A program made the position numbers and the translations under genes. A stretch of DNA of 64,000 nt from the NCBI GenBank assembly GCA_964016885.1, contig OZ024740.1:194556001-194620000 (forward strand). Reading direction: 5' to 3'. This document shows, piece by piece, positions 27,956 to 46,539 of this stretch (position 1 is its first letter; the number at the start of each line of letters is the position of its first letter). Below the pieces are notes generated by a model, which saw only the letters and a program-made list of their open reading frames with translations, did not search any database and was not told the DNA's origin. This DNA comes from Eledone cirrhosa. Lineage: Eukaryota.

Positions 27956-29023
27956 TAAAGTTAGTCCTTCATCAGTGATCCTCCAACCATTATTGGTATT
28001 TCATCGCTTTAAAGACCATATACCTCCGGTTGGTGCGAGAAACGGCTAAAAAAGTCGTTGGGACACGTAAATAAAGGGGACACGAGAGTGTTAACAAACA
28101 AAGATGGTGAAGCAACGAAAGGTGAGGAAGAACGAGTCAAGTCCCAAATTTCCATGAATATAAGTTCGGTGAAATCGCGAACGAGAGAGAATAAAGACCA
28201 TCAAACCTGGTTGGAATGTGAGCAAGGAAGGAATTCCGTACAGGTCTAACGGGGGGAAGAAGGAATCTAGTCTGTGAATTCGGTGAACATAAGTTCTGTG
28301 AAATCGTAGACGAGAGAGAGAAAAAAAGCGAACCAGCCTGACCAAGAGTGCGAAAGAAAAGAATTACGCACAGGTCAAACGGGAAGAAGGAGGAGTAGGA
28401 GAGGTAGTAACAGAGAGTGAGTGAGTGAAGGGTGAGGAAGAGGCTAACAGAGAGAGTGACTGTTAGAGAAGGTAAAGATACAGAGAAAGAGGAAGCAGTA
28501 TGAACGAAATAGACAGGTCACAGCGGGGGGAAAAATATGTGTAAATATGAGAATAAACGGGCTGCGTGGTTGCTAATGGGTTACATATGAATAAAGTTAG
28601 TCCTTCATCAGTGATCTTCCAACCATCATTGGTATTTCATAGCTTTAAAGACCATATACCTCCGGTTGGTGCGAGCAACGGCTAACAAAAGTCGTTGGGA
28701 CACGTAAATAAAGGGGACACGAGAGTGTAAACAAACAAAGATGGTGAAGCAACGAAAAGTGAGGAAGAACGAGTCAAGTCCCAAATTTCCATGAATATAA
28801 GTTCGGTGGAATCGTGATCGAGACAGAATAAAGACCATCAAACCTGGTTGGAATGTGAGCAAGGAAGGAATTCCGTACAGGTCTAACGGGAGGAAGAAGG
28901 AATCTAGTCTGTAAATTCGGTGGACATTAGTTCTGTGAAATCGTAGACGAGAGAGAAAAAAAGCGAACCAGCCTGACCAAGAGTGCGATGGTTCAATGAA
29001 TAAATCAAAGAATGAGTTTTATA
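27951..29023 (-). mobile_element. Tandem non-coding unit, period about 636 nt, related to the 23113 family
   Basis: 27951-28351 is repeated at 28587-28988; shares the GAAATA...ATCACTGATGA.GGAC motif. Confidence 0.8.
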
Positions 29024-29056
29024 CATATATATATATATATATATGTGTGTATTATG

Positions 29057-29096
<40 letters not shown>

Positions 29097-29123
29097 ATAT
29101 GTATGTATATATATATATGTGTG

Positions 29124-29170
<47 letters not shown>

Positions 29171-29171
29171 G

Positions 29172-29202
<31 letters not shown>

Positions 29203-29225
29203 ATTTATATTTATATATATATATG

Positions 29226-29316
<91 letters not shown>

Positions 29317-29317
29317 G

Positions 29318-30039
29318 TAAACGGAAAAAATGAAACGAAATTTCATTTCTCACTCTTAGTACGGCTGTTACTTAAATATAAGTATGTATACGTACATACC
29401 TATATGTATACAGACGTACAGTAGTATGTATATATATATATATACACATACATGCACACATAAATATATGTACGTATGGATTCACCGAACATTTATTATA
29501 ATGCTCGGTGTGTTTGTAAACAAACATCCCGAATTAAGCCGTACAGTGTCTAGCAACCATCGTTGCTCATTTGTTCAACACTGACAAAGGAACGTTGTAC
29601 TAGTTTCAAGCTTATTAGCTATCGTCAGCAACGTATACCTTCCTGCCAGATGGTTGAACGTCCGAAAGTATTTACTTTCCTTATGCATATTAACGGCTGA
29701 GCAGCCTAATTTGCATATCGAGTGAGTTAATCGGCCGGGGTACCGAAAGCGATAAACCGAAAAAATGAAACGAAATTTCATTTCTCACTCTTAGTACAGC
29801 TGTTACTTAAATGTAAGTATGTATACGTACATACATATATGTATACAGACGTACAGTAGTATGTATATATATCTATGATGATGGCTGCCCCCTCGTTATC
29901 GTGTATGGCCATTGCACGAGGAGAAAAAATAAATAAATAAATAAATAAATAAATTTAAAAAAAAATAAATAAATAAATAAAAATAATAATAATTAAAAAA
30001 ATAATAAATAAATAAAAAATAAAATAAAATAAAAATAAG

Positions 30040-30087
<48 letters not shown>

Positions 30088-31887
30088 TTACACATACATA
30101 TACATACACACACACATATATACACACATATACATTAATAACAATAATAATAATAACAACAATAATAATAACGACAACAACAATAATAATATACATATAC
30201 ATATATATATACACATACACGCACATACATAAATATATCTACACACACACACACACACAATAGCAACTAACAGCGCTGCGATCGAATGTGGCTTTTTAGC
30301 CCAGACAATGGTCTAAAATGTCTTGCAGAGAGTCGTCAACCAAAACATTCACTGGGAATAGTCGGCTGTGGCTGGAGTTCGTGTACTTTTGCATGTCGCT
30401 TGAGCCCTCCTGCTCATTTACATTCTCTACCACATGTTTGGCAAGCATGATGAGTAGCATCTCCAACAGCAGGCTGGTAGTCAACCACTGGTCTTACTTT
30501 ATGACTGCGAAGATGACTTTCGAGTCCAGCTTTGCTTAGGCAGCCTCGCACAGACGCTGCATGTCAGCACCATAGGAGGACCCTCGCCGTCTGGAAGTGC
30601 AACAGCAATGCCCTTCCTCACATCCCGCTTTACTTTCTCGTATGCGATTCGAGATGCCTCAAAGGCAACTTTTCCCTCATATACAGTCTTTCTCCATTTA
30701 TTACGACCAGCAGCAATATTTTCCCATGTATCAGCAGAGATGTGAGCGTCTTTCAGAGAGGCTTTCAAGGAATCCTTATACCTCTTTTTTGGTTTATGTG
30801 TCGGTCGTTTTCCTTTAACCAACTCTCCATAAAAGAAGTGTTTTGGTATTCTAGAATCCTTCATCCTGGCAAGGTGACCACTCCAACGGAGTCGTTGCTT
30901 AAGCACAAGAGCTTCTATACTGTCACACATAGAGCTTTCCAAAATCTCGACATCACTGATGTGGTCCCTCCAGTGAACGCCATGGATCCGTCTGAGACAC
31001 ATCTGATGGAAATGCTCCAATTGCTTAAGGTGGTGTCGATATGTGACCCAAGTCTCGCAGGCATAAAGAAGACAAGAGAGCACACATGCCCTGTACACCT
31101 TTACCTTTGTCCTCCTGCATATGTCTTGCCGACCCCAGAGTCGCCTTTCTAGCTTTCCGAAAGAATCACTTGCTTGCCTAATCCTAAGTAAGATTTCACT
31201 GTCAAGGTTGCTGTATCGATTGACAGTGCTTCCCAGGTAGACAAACTGATCAACCACTCCAAGTCGTTTACCATACACATAGATATTTGGTTCAGTGTAC
31301 TGCTTACCAGGGGCAGGTTGGTACATGACGACTGTTTTCTTGAGACTGACAGTCAATCCTAGGGCAGTGCAAGCGTCAGAAAATGTATTCAAAATGTGCT
31401 GCATATCACTCTCTGTGTGCGCTACAAGATCGCAATCATCTGCATACAAGAGGTCTCTTATGATTGATGTAAATACTTTTGTCTTTGCAGCAAAGCGCCT
31501 GATGTTAAATATGTTGCCTGAGGTTCGATATCGGATGTAAACACCATGCTCGCAATTCCTGAATGCAATACAGAAAACCATTGCAAAGTATATGGCAAAC
31601 AGGGTCGGTGCTGGAATATCCCCCTGTTTCACTCCATTTTTTACTGAGATAGGCTCCGACATGTTACCTCCGACATTAACCCAAGCCTTCATGTCGTCAT
31701 GGAAAGACCTAACTAAAGCAAGGAACTTATCAGGGCAACCAACTTACTGGAGAACCTTCCATAATGCATCTCTGTTAACAGTATAGAAAGCTTTTGTCAC
31801 ATCGACGAAAACCTGATACAGATCCAAGCCTTGTTCCATGCACTTCTCCTGGAGCTGTCTAGCTGAGAAGATCATATCAGTAGTGCC

Positions 31888-31926
<39 letters not shown>

Positions 31927-33061
31927 CATGCACACATATATATATGTACGTATGGATTCACCGAACATTTATTATAATGCTCAGTGTGTTTGTAAACAAA
32001 CATCCCGAATTAAGCCGTACAGTGTCTAGCAACCATCGTTGCTCATTTGTTCAACACTGACAAAGGAACGCTGTACTAGTTTCAAGCTTATTAGCTATCG
32101 TCAGCAACGTATACCTTCCTGCCAGATGGTTGAACGTCTGAAATATATACTTTCCTTATGCATATTAACGGCTAAGCAGCCTAATTTGCATATCGAGTGA
32201 GTTAATCGGCCAGGGTACCGAAAACGATAAACGGAAAAAATGAAACGAAATTTCATTTCTCACTCTTAGTACGGCTGTTACTTAAATATAAGTATGTATA
32301 CGTACATACATATATGTATACAGTAGTATGTGTATATATATACATACACACATAGATATGTACGTATGGATTCACCGAACATTTATTATAATACTCGGTG
32401 TGTTTGTAAACAACAAATCCCGAATTAAGCCGTACAGTGTCTAGCAACCATCGTTGCTCATTTGTTCAACACTGACAAAGGAACGCTGTACGAGTTTCAA
32501 GCTTATTAGCTATCGTCAGCAACGTATACCTTCCTGCCAGATGGTTGAACGTCTGAAAGTATATACTTTCCTTATGTATATTAATGGCTGAGCAGCCTAA
32601 TTTGCATATCGAGTTTCATTTTTTCCATTTATCGTTTTCGGTACCCCGGCCGATTAACTCACTCGATATGCAAATAGGCTGCTCAGCCGTTAATATGCAT
32701 AAGGAAATTATATACTTTCAGACGTCCAACCATCTGGCAGGAAGGTATACGTTGCCGACGATAGCTAATAAGCTTGAAACTAGTACAGCGTTCCTTTGTC
32801 AGTGTTGAACAAACGAGCAACGATGGTTGCTAGACACTGTACGGCTTAATTCGGGATGTCTGTTTACAAACACACCAAGCATTATAATAAATGTTCGGTG
32901 AATCCATACGTACATATATATATATGTGTGCATGTATGTATATACATATACATACTACTGTACGCCTGTATACATATATGTATGTACGTATACATACTTA
33001 TATTTAAGTAACAGCCGTACTAAGAGTGAGAAATGAAATTTCGTTTCATTTTTTCCGTTTA
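29318..33061. mobile_element. Family R array: about 2.9 minus-strand tandem units plus one inverted unit, interrupted by an RTE
   Basis: Minus units 29318-29871 and 31889-32614, plus unit 32613-33061; hammerheads near 29590-29640, 32065-32115, 32480-32530 (minus) and 32745-32795 (plus, CCGACGA). Confidence 0.85.
29874..31888 (-). mobile_element. 5'-truncated RTE-clade LINE
   Basis: ORF 30499-31692 has GVKQGDIPAPTLF, LLYADD and LLYACETW; upstream TTDMIFSARQLQEK; 3' end GCAGCCATCATCAT. Confidence 0.92.
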
Positions 33062-33075
33062 TATATATAATATTT

Positions 33076-33112
<37 letters not shown>

Positions 33113-33262
33113 TATTGTATATATATTACATATGTATATATTATATATATAATATATATTGTATATATATATATATTATATATATATTTATATATATAAT
33201 ATTTATTGTATATATATATATTATATATATATTTATATATATAATATTTATTGTAAAATATA
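33062..33262. repeat. Compound (TA)n/ATAATATTTATTGT minisatellite
   Basis: Motif recurs here and throughout 35238-36680. Confidence 0.85.
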
Positions 33263-35238
33263 ACCTCCAGCAATGCATGATGACCATCATCAATAACCAG
33301 AGAATAGCTGAAGAGAGGTGGGCTATTGAGAAAATCAAGCTCAACCCCAAAGTGTTCTTTTCATTTGCTTAAAAACACAAGGTCATCGTCTCCACTGTTG
33401 ACCCTCTAGTTTATGAAAATGGCACACTCCAGGACAATGCCAAAACCATGGGCAAGATACTGCAGATACAATACTGCTCTGTTTTCAGCAATACTGATAT
33501 GGCCGATCTGGATCGTATCAGTGATCTTAATCCCCCAAACACTATATCAGACATAACGTTTGGCACCCCTGATGTCTTAGCGGCAATAAACGAAATTAAA
33601 CACAATTCAGTAGTAGGCCCTGACAGGTTCCCTGCTTGTGTCCTGAAGTTGTGTCGACACCAACTTGCATCTCCTCTTGCTAATCTGTGGAGGAACTCAC
33701 TGGATACTGGCTATATTCCTGAAAACTTTCTGTCCCAGTCCGTTGTCCCAGTTTTCAAAAAGGGAAATAAGTGCCTTGCAGTGAACTACCGTCCGATCTC
33801 ACTCACCTCTCATATTATAAAGGTATTTGAGAGGGTGGTGAGATCACGAATAAACTACTTTCTTGAAAGCAACGGCCTGCTGAACTCCAACCAACATGGG
33901 TTCCGTAATGGAAGGGAGTGCCTAACGCAGCTCCTGCATGATTTTGACGATATTTTGAGAGCCTTGGGGGAGGGCTCCAACACTGATGTCATTTACCTTG
34001 ACTCCAGCAAGGCCTTCGACAGGGTTGATCATAAAATTTTACTGAAAAAGCTATCCAATATTGGTGTCTCTGGAAAGTTAGTACAGTGGATCAAGTGTTT
34101 CCTGACAGGCAGAACCCAGCATGTTGTAGTCGAAGGAGTAAAATCAAACTCTGCCAAAGTCAGCAGTGGCGTCCCACAAGGCACTGTGTTGGGCCCACTT
34201 CTTTTCATCATCTACATTAAGGACATTACTGACATCATCAAGCACAGCAACATCAGAATCTTTGCAGACGATTCCAAGCTCCAAAGGGTCATCAATGAGG
34301 TGGGTGACCGGACTTGCCTTCAGTCCGACCTACTGGCTGTTATCCTATAGGCAGAGATGAATAATATGCTGTTGAATGATGATAAATTTGAATTAATGCA
34401 CTTTGGAAAAAAGGATGCCCGGAAACTACCATACTCTCTTCCTTCGGGTGAAACTCTAGTGGCTTCCAATAACATCAGAGACCTGGAAGTAATTGTGGAC
34501 GACAACATAAGCTGAGCCACTCATATAAACAGTAAAATTGATATGGCCCGCAGAATGTGTTCCTTAGAACTTTCCTGTCGAGAGATATCCACACTTTTAT
34601 CCTTCTCTTCTCCACTTTTGCCCGACCCCACCTTGAATACTGTTGTCCATTGTGGTCACCTCACACGAAACAAAGAATCATGAAAGTTGAAGCACCCCAA
34701 AGATCAATTACAAAAATGATAGATGGCATGACAGGCCCTGACTATTGGAGTCTATTAGAAAAGCTTAAACTGTATTTTCTCCAACGTCGCCGTGAGCGCT
34801 ACATTATCTGTATGATGTGGAAAATATTCCATCAGCTTTGCACAAATGATGTTGGCATCACCTTTAGTGTAGACCCAAGGCTTCAGCCCCGTCCCTATCC
34901 GCCCACGACAAAAATCTCACTCGCATCACTTAACAACAATACGGCACAATTATTTCACCTCAATTGGCCCTGCACTCTTTAACATTACACCAAGACACAT
35001 CAAAGCAGAGACAGACCCCATCAAGTTCAAGAAGTCTTTGGAGAAATTCCTGCAAGAAATCCCGGATAAGCCTCCTACATCCGGATATGCCTCCGTAAAC
35101 AATAACTCTCTGCTCGAGTGGGCCATGGTGCCCAAACGCTGATTTGTAAGACTTCGCCAGGTGGTGGTATTAAGTTAGACATGTCCTGGGCCAATACTGG
35201 CCGAATCCTATCAATGTAATCAAAGTTATCAAAGTTAT
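33263..35238 (+). mobile_element. 5'-truncated CR1/L2-group LINE
   Basis: NYRPISLTS, QHGFRNGR, YLDSSKAFDRV, SGVPQGTVLGPLLF, FADD, RPHLEYC; stops and a frameshift; 3' tail TATCAAAGT repeats. Confidence 0.9.
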
Positions 35239-35269
35239 TTATATATATATATTATATATATATATTATA

Positions 35270-35496
35270 TAGTGGTAGAACACTGGAAGGTAATATCCGT
35301 AGTGGGAGAGCACTCAGTCCATGGGACGAGTTAGGTAGATGTGGTTACACAACAGTTAGTTCACCATACCGAAAAGAATTGTTTCACCTTAGCGGATAAG
35401 ATCCGAGAACAATTGTTTCACCTTAGCGGATCTTATCCGCTAAGGTGAAACAATTGTTCTCGGTATGGTGAACTAACAGTTGTGTAACCACTTCTA
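35270..35496. mobile_element. Mini fold-back of the same pLTR as the 6430-8096 PLE
   Basis: Long arm on the left and short arm on the right, with a duplicated and inverted centre at 35393-35440 that breaks inside hammerhead stem II. Confidence 0.85.
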
Positions 35497-40467
<4,971 letters not shown>

Positions 40468-40714
40468 TATATATATATATATCTGTGTCGGGTATGTGTA
40501 TGTGTAATATGTATATGTATATATGTGTATAACGGAAATGGTGCATATGTTTTAACAACAGTTACACAATACATAATAGTTAAATAGCTAATTAAAATAA
40601 GGAAAATATAAATCATAATGTCTTGACAGTACCTATAAAATTAAATATTAAAAAGTTTAATCAGAATCACAAAATACAGTGTGTGGTATATATCTTATAT
40701 GTATATGTTATGTA

Positions 40715-40824
<110 letters not shown>

Positions 40825-40987
40825 TATATATATATACAGATATATATATATGTGTGTGTGTGTATGTGTATTGTGTGCATAAATATATATATATATATAT
40901 AGATACATGCACACAATACACACACAGACACACACATACATATATATAAATATATGGTTGCATGTGTATGTGTTATGTATGTGTGAG

Positions 40988-41021
<34 letters not shown>

Positions 41022-41028
<7 letters not shown>

Positions 41029-41650
41029 AAATTGAGGTTGGTAATGGCACATGGAATATATAAGAGACAGAATACTTTTTTGTGAAAAAACATAATTTTA
41101 TAAGGTAAGGAAATAATAAAGGGTATAAAAAATGACCGGTTTCGATGGGTCTGCAAAAGCCATCTTTTCAAATGTTGATTAATATTAAGAAAAATTAATA
41201 ATACGAAGAGTTAAAATTTGAGACTTGAAAATTCAAGTATAAAATTCATTGTGGGATTTCATAGCAGTTTTCATCTAGGTAGCAACAACAGGTTGACTGC
41301 TGTGTCCCTTTCTGGTAGTGAATGACACATGAAAGGGACACAGCAGTCAACCTGTTGTTGCTACCTAGATGAAAACTGCTATGAAATCCCACAATGAATT
41401 TTATACTTGAATTTTCAAGTCTCAAATTTTAACTCTTCGTATTATTAATTTTTCTTAATATTAATCAACATTTGAAAAGATGGCTTTTGCAGACCCATCG
41501 AAACCGGTCATTTTTTATACCCTTTATTATTTCCTTACCTTATAAAATTATGTTTTTTCACAAAAAAGTATTCTGTCTCTTATATATTCCATGTGCCATT
41601 ACCAACCTCAATTTTCTCTATAACCTTCGTTTTGTGTAGAAAATTACACT

Positions 41651-41655
<5 letters not shown>
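41022..41655. mobile_element. Near-perfect fold-back with 290-bp arms and U3-A8 hammerhead variant
   Basis: Arms 41022-41312 and 41332-41621 plus a tail of about 35 nt; TTGAAAA-gatgg...ccatc-GAAAC CG GTC at 41472-41509. Confidence 0.85.
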
Positions 41656-41707
<52 letters not shown>

Positions 41708-41779
41708 CATATATATATACATATATAAATATATATATATGTATATATATACATAAATATATATATATATACATATATA

Positions 41780-41846
<67 letters not shown>

Positions 41847-41859
41847 TTATACATATATA

Positions 41860-41914
<55 letters not shown>

Positions 41915-41995
41915 TATAGGAAATACTGTATATATTTTATCAAATGATTCTATGGACGTACTTTCTTGTATATACATATATTTATATATATATAT

Positions 41996-44083
41996 CGTTT
42001 CTGAATTTGTTTAGCAAGATTCTTTATATGAAAACGTGTGTTGAAACCGATATTGTTATACTTTGGGAGGGTCATGTTGCCAATAAGAATCACACGCACC
42101 AGTTGCTTTAACTTCAATTTATCATAGTAAATTTATAAATTTAGGAATTTATAAATTTCCGGTTGGTTCGTTGGTTCCATAACCAGATGGTTGTTTATAT
42201 ATTGTCAAAGTTCTTTCGTCACACATTATGTGACCTCTTCAGTGACTGGGGATTCTTTTCTTTGTTTTTGTGCCTCTCCTTTGTTCTGTCCTACGCCATC
42301 TTGTTTCTGTGTGTGTGTGTTGTGTGCTCAGTCTGCGCATGCGCCACATCCGGGTATCTGTGTATGTTTATATTCGTTTATTTATTTGTTTATTTACATG
42401 TTACAGGTTAGTTGTTTGTTCTATGTGCGTGTGTGTTTTCATTTTGTCCTTAATTGTAAGTTGTGATGTTGCTGTTCCACTCATGTTTTCTATTTAATTT
42501 TGGTTGTAATTCTTTTATGTTTATTGCCTCTGTGATTTGTCTAAACATTGCGTCTTTTCTGCGTGTAGATTCTATTTTTATTTCTATGTTCTCTAATTTA
42601 CCCTTATATTCTATTTTAGCATGCTGGTAGAGTACATATGATTCTTTACTATCTTGAAGGTCTCGCCAGTGTTCATTTATACGTTCCCCTACACTACGAG
42701 CTGTCTCACCTATGTACACTATATTTTTGTCTCTACATTGTCCTTCAGTACATCTTATGCTATATAATACATTTCTAGTTTTACAGTTAATATGGGGGCT
42801 TAATTCACAGGTTATACATTTCTTATCTATACAGGGGGGTCTTTTAAAAGGGTATGTCTTGCTAATAAGTGTTTTTACGGAGGTACCTGGTCTTTCTACT
42901 ATCTTAATATTGAGTTTATGTTTATCTAGGGCCCTTCTAAATTTGTAAGCTAATTCACCTCTAGGGGTTTTATCGATGAACATTACACTCTGGTATTTAT
43001 TGCTATCATACCATGAGTTTATTCTATTAGCCTTATTCCTAGTTCTTTCTATTCTATTCCAAAATTTGCTCCTATACAAGGGGCAGGTCCCATTTGTGTC
43101 ATTATTTACGATTTTTTCCCATTTGGTTCTGGCTCCTCTATACACTCTGATTTTATCTCTCTGATTGTAACCAGAGAACTGCATACGGGGGATGAAGTGT
43201 TGTATGTGTCTCTCTAGTTCTTCGGGGTTGCACATGCGGGACACGTTTCTCATCACCCGTACCAAATCCGCAATCAGTATGTTGATTTTGGTATGGTCCG
43301 AAACAGCTGAGTTTCGGTGGATCAGATATTTGGAAGTCATGGGTTTGGCATAATGGGAATGTAGGATTTGTTTTTTTGTTATTAATGGTATCTAACCAGA
43401 GCTCTGTGTCTATTACAGGTAATCGATGGTTGTGGTGTTTACTTGGGTAGTCTATAGTAACTCTAATACTCTGGTGGATGGAATTAGCTATTTGCTGGAT
43501 GCTTTCCATTGTGTTTTTCCTCTAATTCCTGACTGTTCTCTAGTGGGGGTGTTTTAACTACGATGTTTATATAATCAACGTAGCGGGAGTACATTATCAG
43601 GGTTAAAGGGTCTTCTAATTTTTCTTTAAGTTTAAGTTTAAGTCTACTGTCCCACCATACCATGAATAAGTTAGCTATGTCGCCTGCAATGCTAGCACCA
43701 ATGGCTGCTCCTTCCTCTTGGGCATATGCTTTTCCATTAAATTTGAACATATGTTCCTTAAGGGTTAATTTTATGCTGGCTCCCACCGCATGTGCAATCA
43801 TTTTCTTTAGTTCATCGTGGTTTTCGGGTGTCCGTATGGCTCTGGTCCACCCGTTCCATCTATCTGTGTGGGTTTTCTTGGGCATTGAGGTAATGGTAGG
43901 TGGTCTGCCTCTTGCTGATCTTGTAGCGCACAGGTTGCTAAGGTCATATGTGTCTAGGTAATTATTACTATAGGTAAGTTTAAGTAGGAGTCCCAGCTCA
44001 CTGGTATCAATCCCACGGAATTCAACATTGCTCTCACTGATCATTTCTACGCATTTCTCCACAGCAAAATCCACGTCAATAGA
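41996..44083 (-). mobile_element. Penelope-like element (non-Naiad, tentatively Nematis-like), left arm
   Basis: Frameshifted ORFs 43484-44104, 43153-43509 and 42450-43340 with QEEGAAIG, RYVDY and YIGETARSVGERINEH. Confidence 0.9.
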
Positions 44084-46467
44084 GAAGAAGCCCTCAATGC
44101 CCATATGGTGATGTGGACGAATATAATGCAGCCCAACAAAAGGACTGCCAACAACTTCCAGGCCTGGAACAATGACGTGTCAGCGTTTTATGGTTTTCGA
44201 GAAGACTACAAAACGAGCAGTGACCCTGTCGCGGGACCACCAACACGGTCAGTCTGTGGAGCTAACATTGCTAGTAACTACAGACTGTCCTACTTCCTCT
44301 CCCTGATCATACACCCCGTCATTGAAATGTCCCCAGATGTATGTGACAGCACGGAGGACCTCCTCAGCAGAATCGGCGAGAGTAACCGATCTAGGGACCT
44401 AACAAACTGCATAATAGGTAGTATGGCTGTTGTGTCCCTGTATCCATCTATTGACGTGGATTTTGCTGTGAAGAAATGCGTAGAAATGATCAGTGAGAGC
44501 AATGTTGAGTTCCGTGGGATTGATACTAGTGAGCTGGAACTCCTACTTAAACTTACCTATAGTAATAATTACCTAGACACATATGACCTTAGCAACCTGT
44601 TCCCTACAAGACCAGCAAGAGGCAGACCACCTACCATTACCTCAATGGCCAAAAAAACCCACACAGATAGATGGAACGGGTGGACCAGAGCCATACGGAC
44701 ACCCGAAAACCACGATGAACTAAAGAAAATGATTGCACATGCGGTGGGAGCCAGCATAAAATTAACCCTTAAGGAACATATGTTCAAATTTAATGGAAAA
44801 ACATATGCCCAAGAGGAAGGAGCAGCCATTGGTGTTAGCATTGCAGGCGACATAGCTAACTTATTCATGGTATGGTGGGACAGTAGACTTAAACTTAAAC
44901 TTAAAGAACAATTAGAAGACCCCTTAACCCTGATAATGTACTCCCGCTACGTTGATGATATAAACATCGTAGTTAAAACACCCCCACTAGAGAACAGTCA
45001 GGAATTAGAGAAAAGCACAATGGAAAGCATCCAGCAAATAGCTAACTCCATCCACCAGAGTATTAGAGTTACTATAGACCACCCAAGTAAACACCACAAC
45101 CATCGATTACCTGTACTAGACACAGAGCTCTGGTTAGATACCATTAATAACAAAAAACAAATCCTACATTCCCATTATGCCAAACCCATAGCTTCCAAAT
45201 ATCTGATCCACCGAAACTCAGCTGTTTCGGACCATACCAAAATCAACATACTGATTGCGGATTTGGTACGGGTGATGAGAAACGTGTCCCGCATGTGCAA
45301 CCCCGAAGAACTAGAGAGACACATACAACACTTCATCCCCGTATGCAGTTCTCTGGTTACAATCAGAGAGATAAAATCAGAGTGTATAGAGGAGCCAGAA
45401 CCAAATGGGAAAAAATCGTAAATAATGACACAAATGGGACCTGCCCCTTGTATAGGAGCAAATTTTGGAATAGAATAGAAAGAACTAGGAATAAGGCTAA
45501 TAGAATAAACTCATGGTATGATAGCAATAAATACCAGAGTGTAATGTTCATCGATAAAACCCCTAGAGGTGAATTAGCTTACAAATTTAGAAGGGCCCTA
45601 GATAAACATAAACTCAATATTAAGATAGTAGAAAGACCAGGTACCTCCGTAAAAACACTTATTAGCAAGACATACCCTTTTAAAAGACCCCCCTGTATAG
45701 ATAAGAAATGTATAACCTGTAAATTAAGCCCCCATATTAACTGTAAAACTAGAAATGTATTATATAACATAAGATGTACTGAAGGACAATGTAGAGACAA
45801 AAATATAGTGTACATATGTGAGACAGCTCGTAGTGTAGGGGAACGGATAAATGAACACTGGCGAGACCTTCAAGATAGTAAAGAATCATATGTACTCTAC
45901 CAACATGCTAAAATAGAACATAAGGGTAAATTAGAGAACATAGAAATAAAAATAGAATCTACACACAGAAATGACGCAATGTTTAGACAAATCACAGAGG
46001 CAATAAACATAAAAGAATTACAACCAAAATTAAATAGAAAACATGAGTGGAACAGCAACATCACAACTTACAATTAAGGACAAAATGAAAACACACACGC
46101 ACATAGAACAAACAACCAACCTGTAACATGTAAATAAACAAATAAATAAACGAATATAAACACACACAGATACCCGGATGTGGCGCATGCGCAGACTGAG
46201 CACACAACACACACACAGAAACAAGATGGCGTAGGACAGAACAAAGGAGAGGCACAAAAACAAAGAAAAGAATTCCCAGTCACTGAAGAGGTCACAGAAT
46301 GTGTGACGAAAGAACTTTGACAATATATAAACAACCATCTGGTTGTGGAACCAACCAACGAACCAAAAATTTATAAATTCCTAAATTTATAAATTTATTA
46401 TGATAAATTGAAGTGAACGCAACTGGTGCCTGTGTTTCTTATTGGCAACATGACCCTCCCAAAGTAT

Positions 46468-46472
<5 letters not shown>
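44081..46472 (+). mobile_element. Penelope-like element, right arm, 5'-truncated
   Basis: ORF 44105-45421 has SLYPSID, GAAIG and RYVDD; frameshift near 45340 into ORF 45295-46077 (Cys-rich linker and GIY-YIG). Confidence 0.92.
46279..46321 (+). ncRNA. Type I hammerhead in PLE 3' end
   Basis: gtca-CTGAAGA-g gtcac agaatgt gtgac-GAAAG AA CTT-tgac; mirror copy at 42204-42246. Confidence 0.85.

Positions 46473-46539
<67 letters not shown>

Noticed and set aside
30532-31152. 206-aa plus-strand ORF
   Set aside because: It is the antisense shadow of the RTE RT frame; the same applies to the ORFs opposite the PLE arms.
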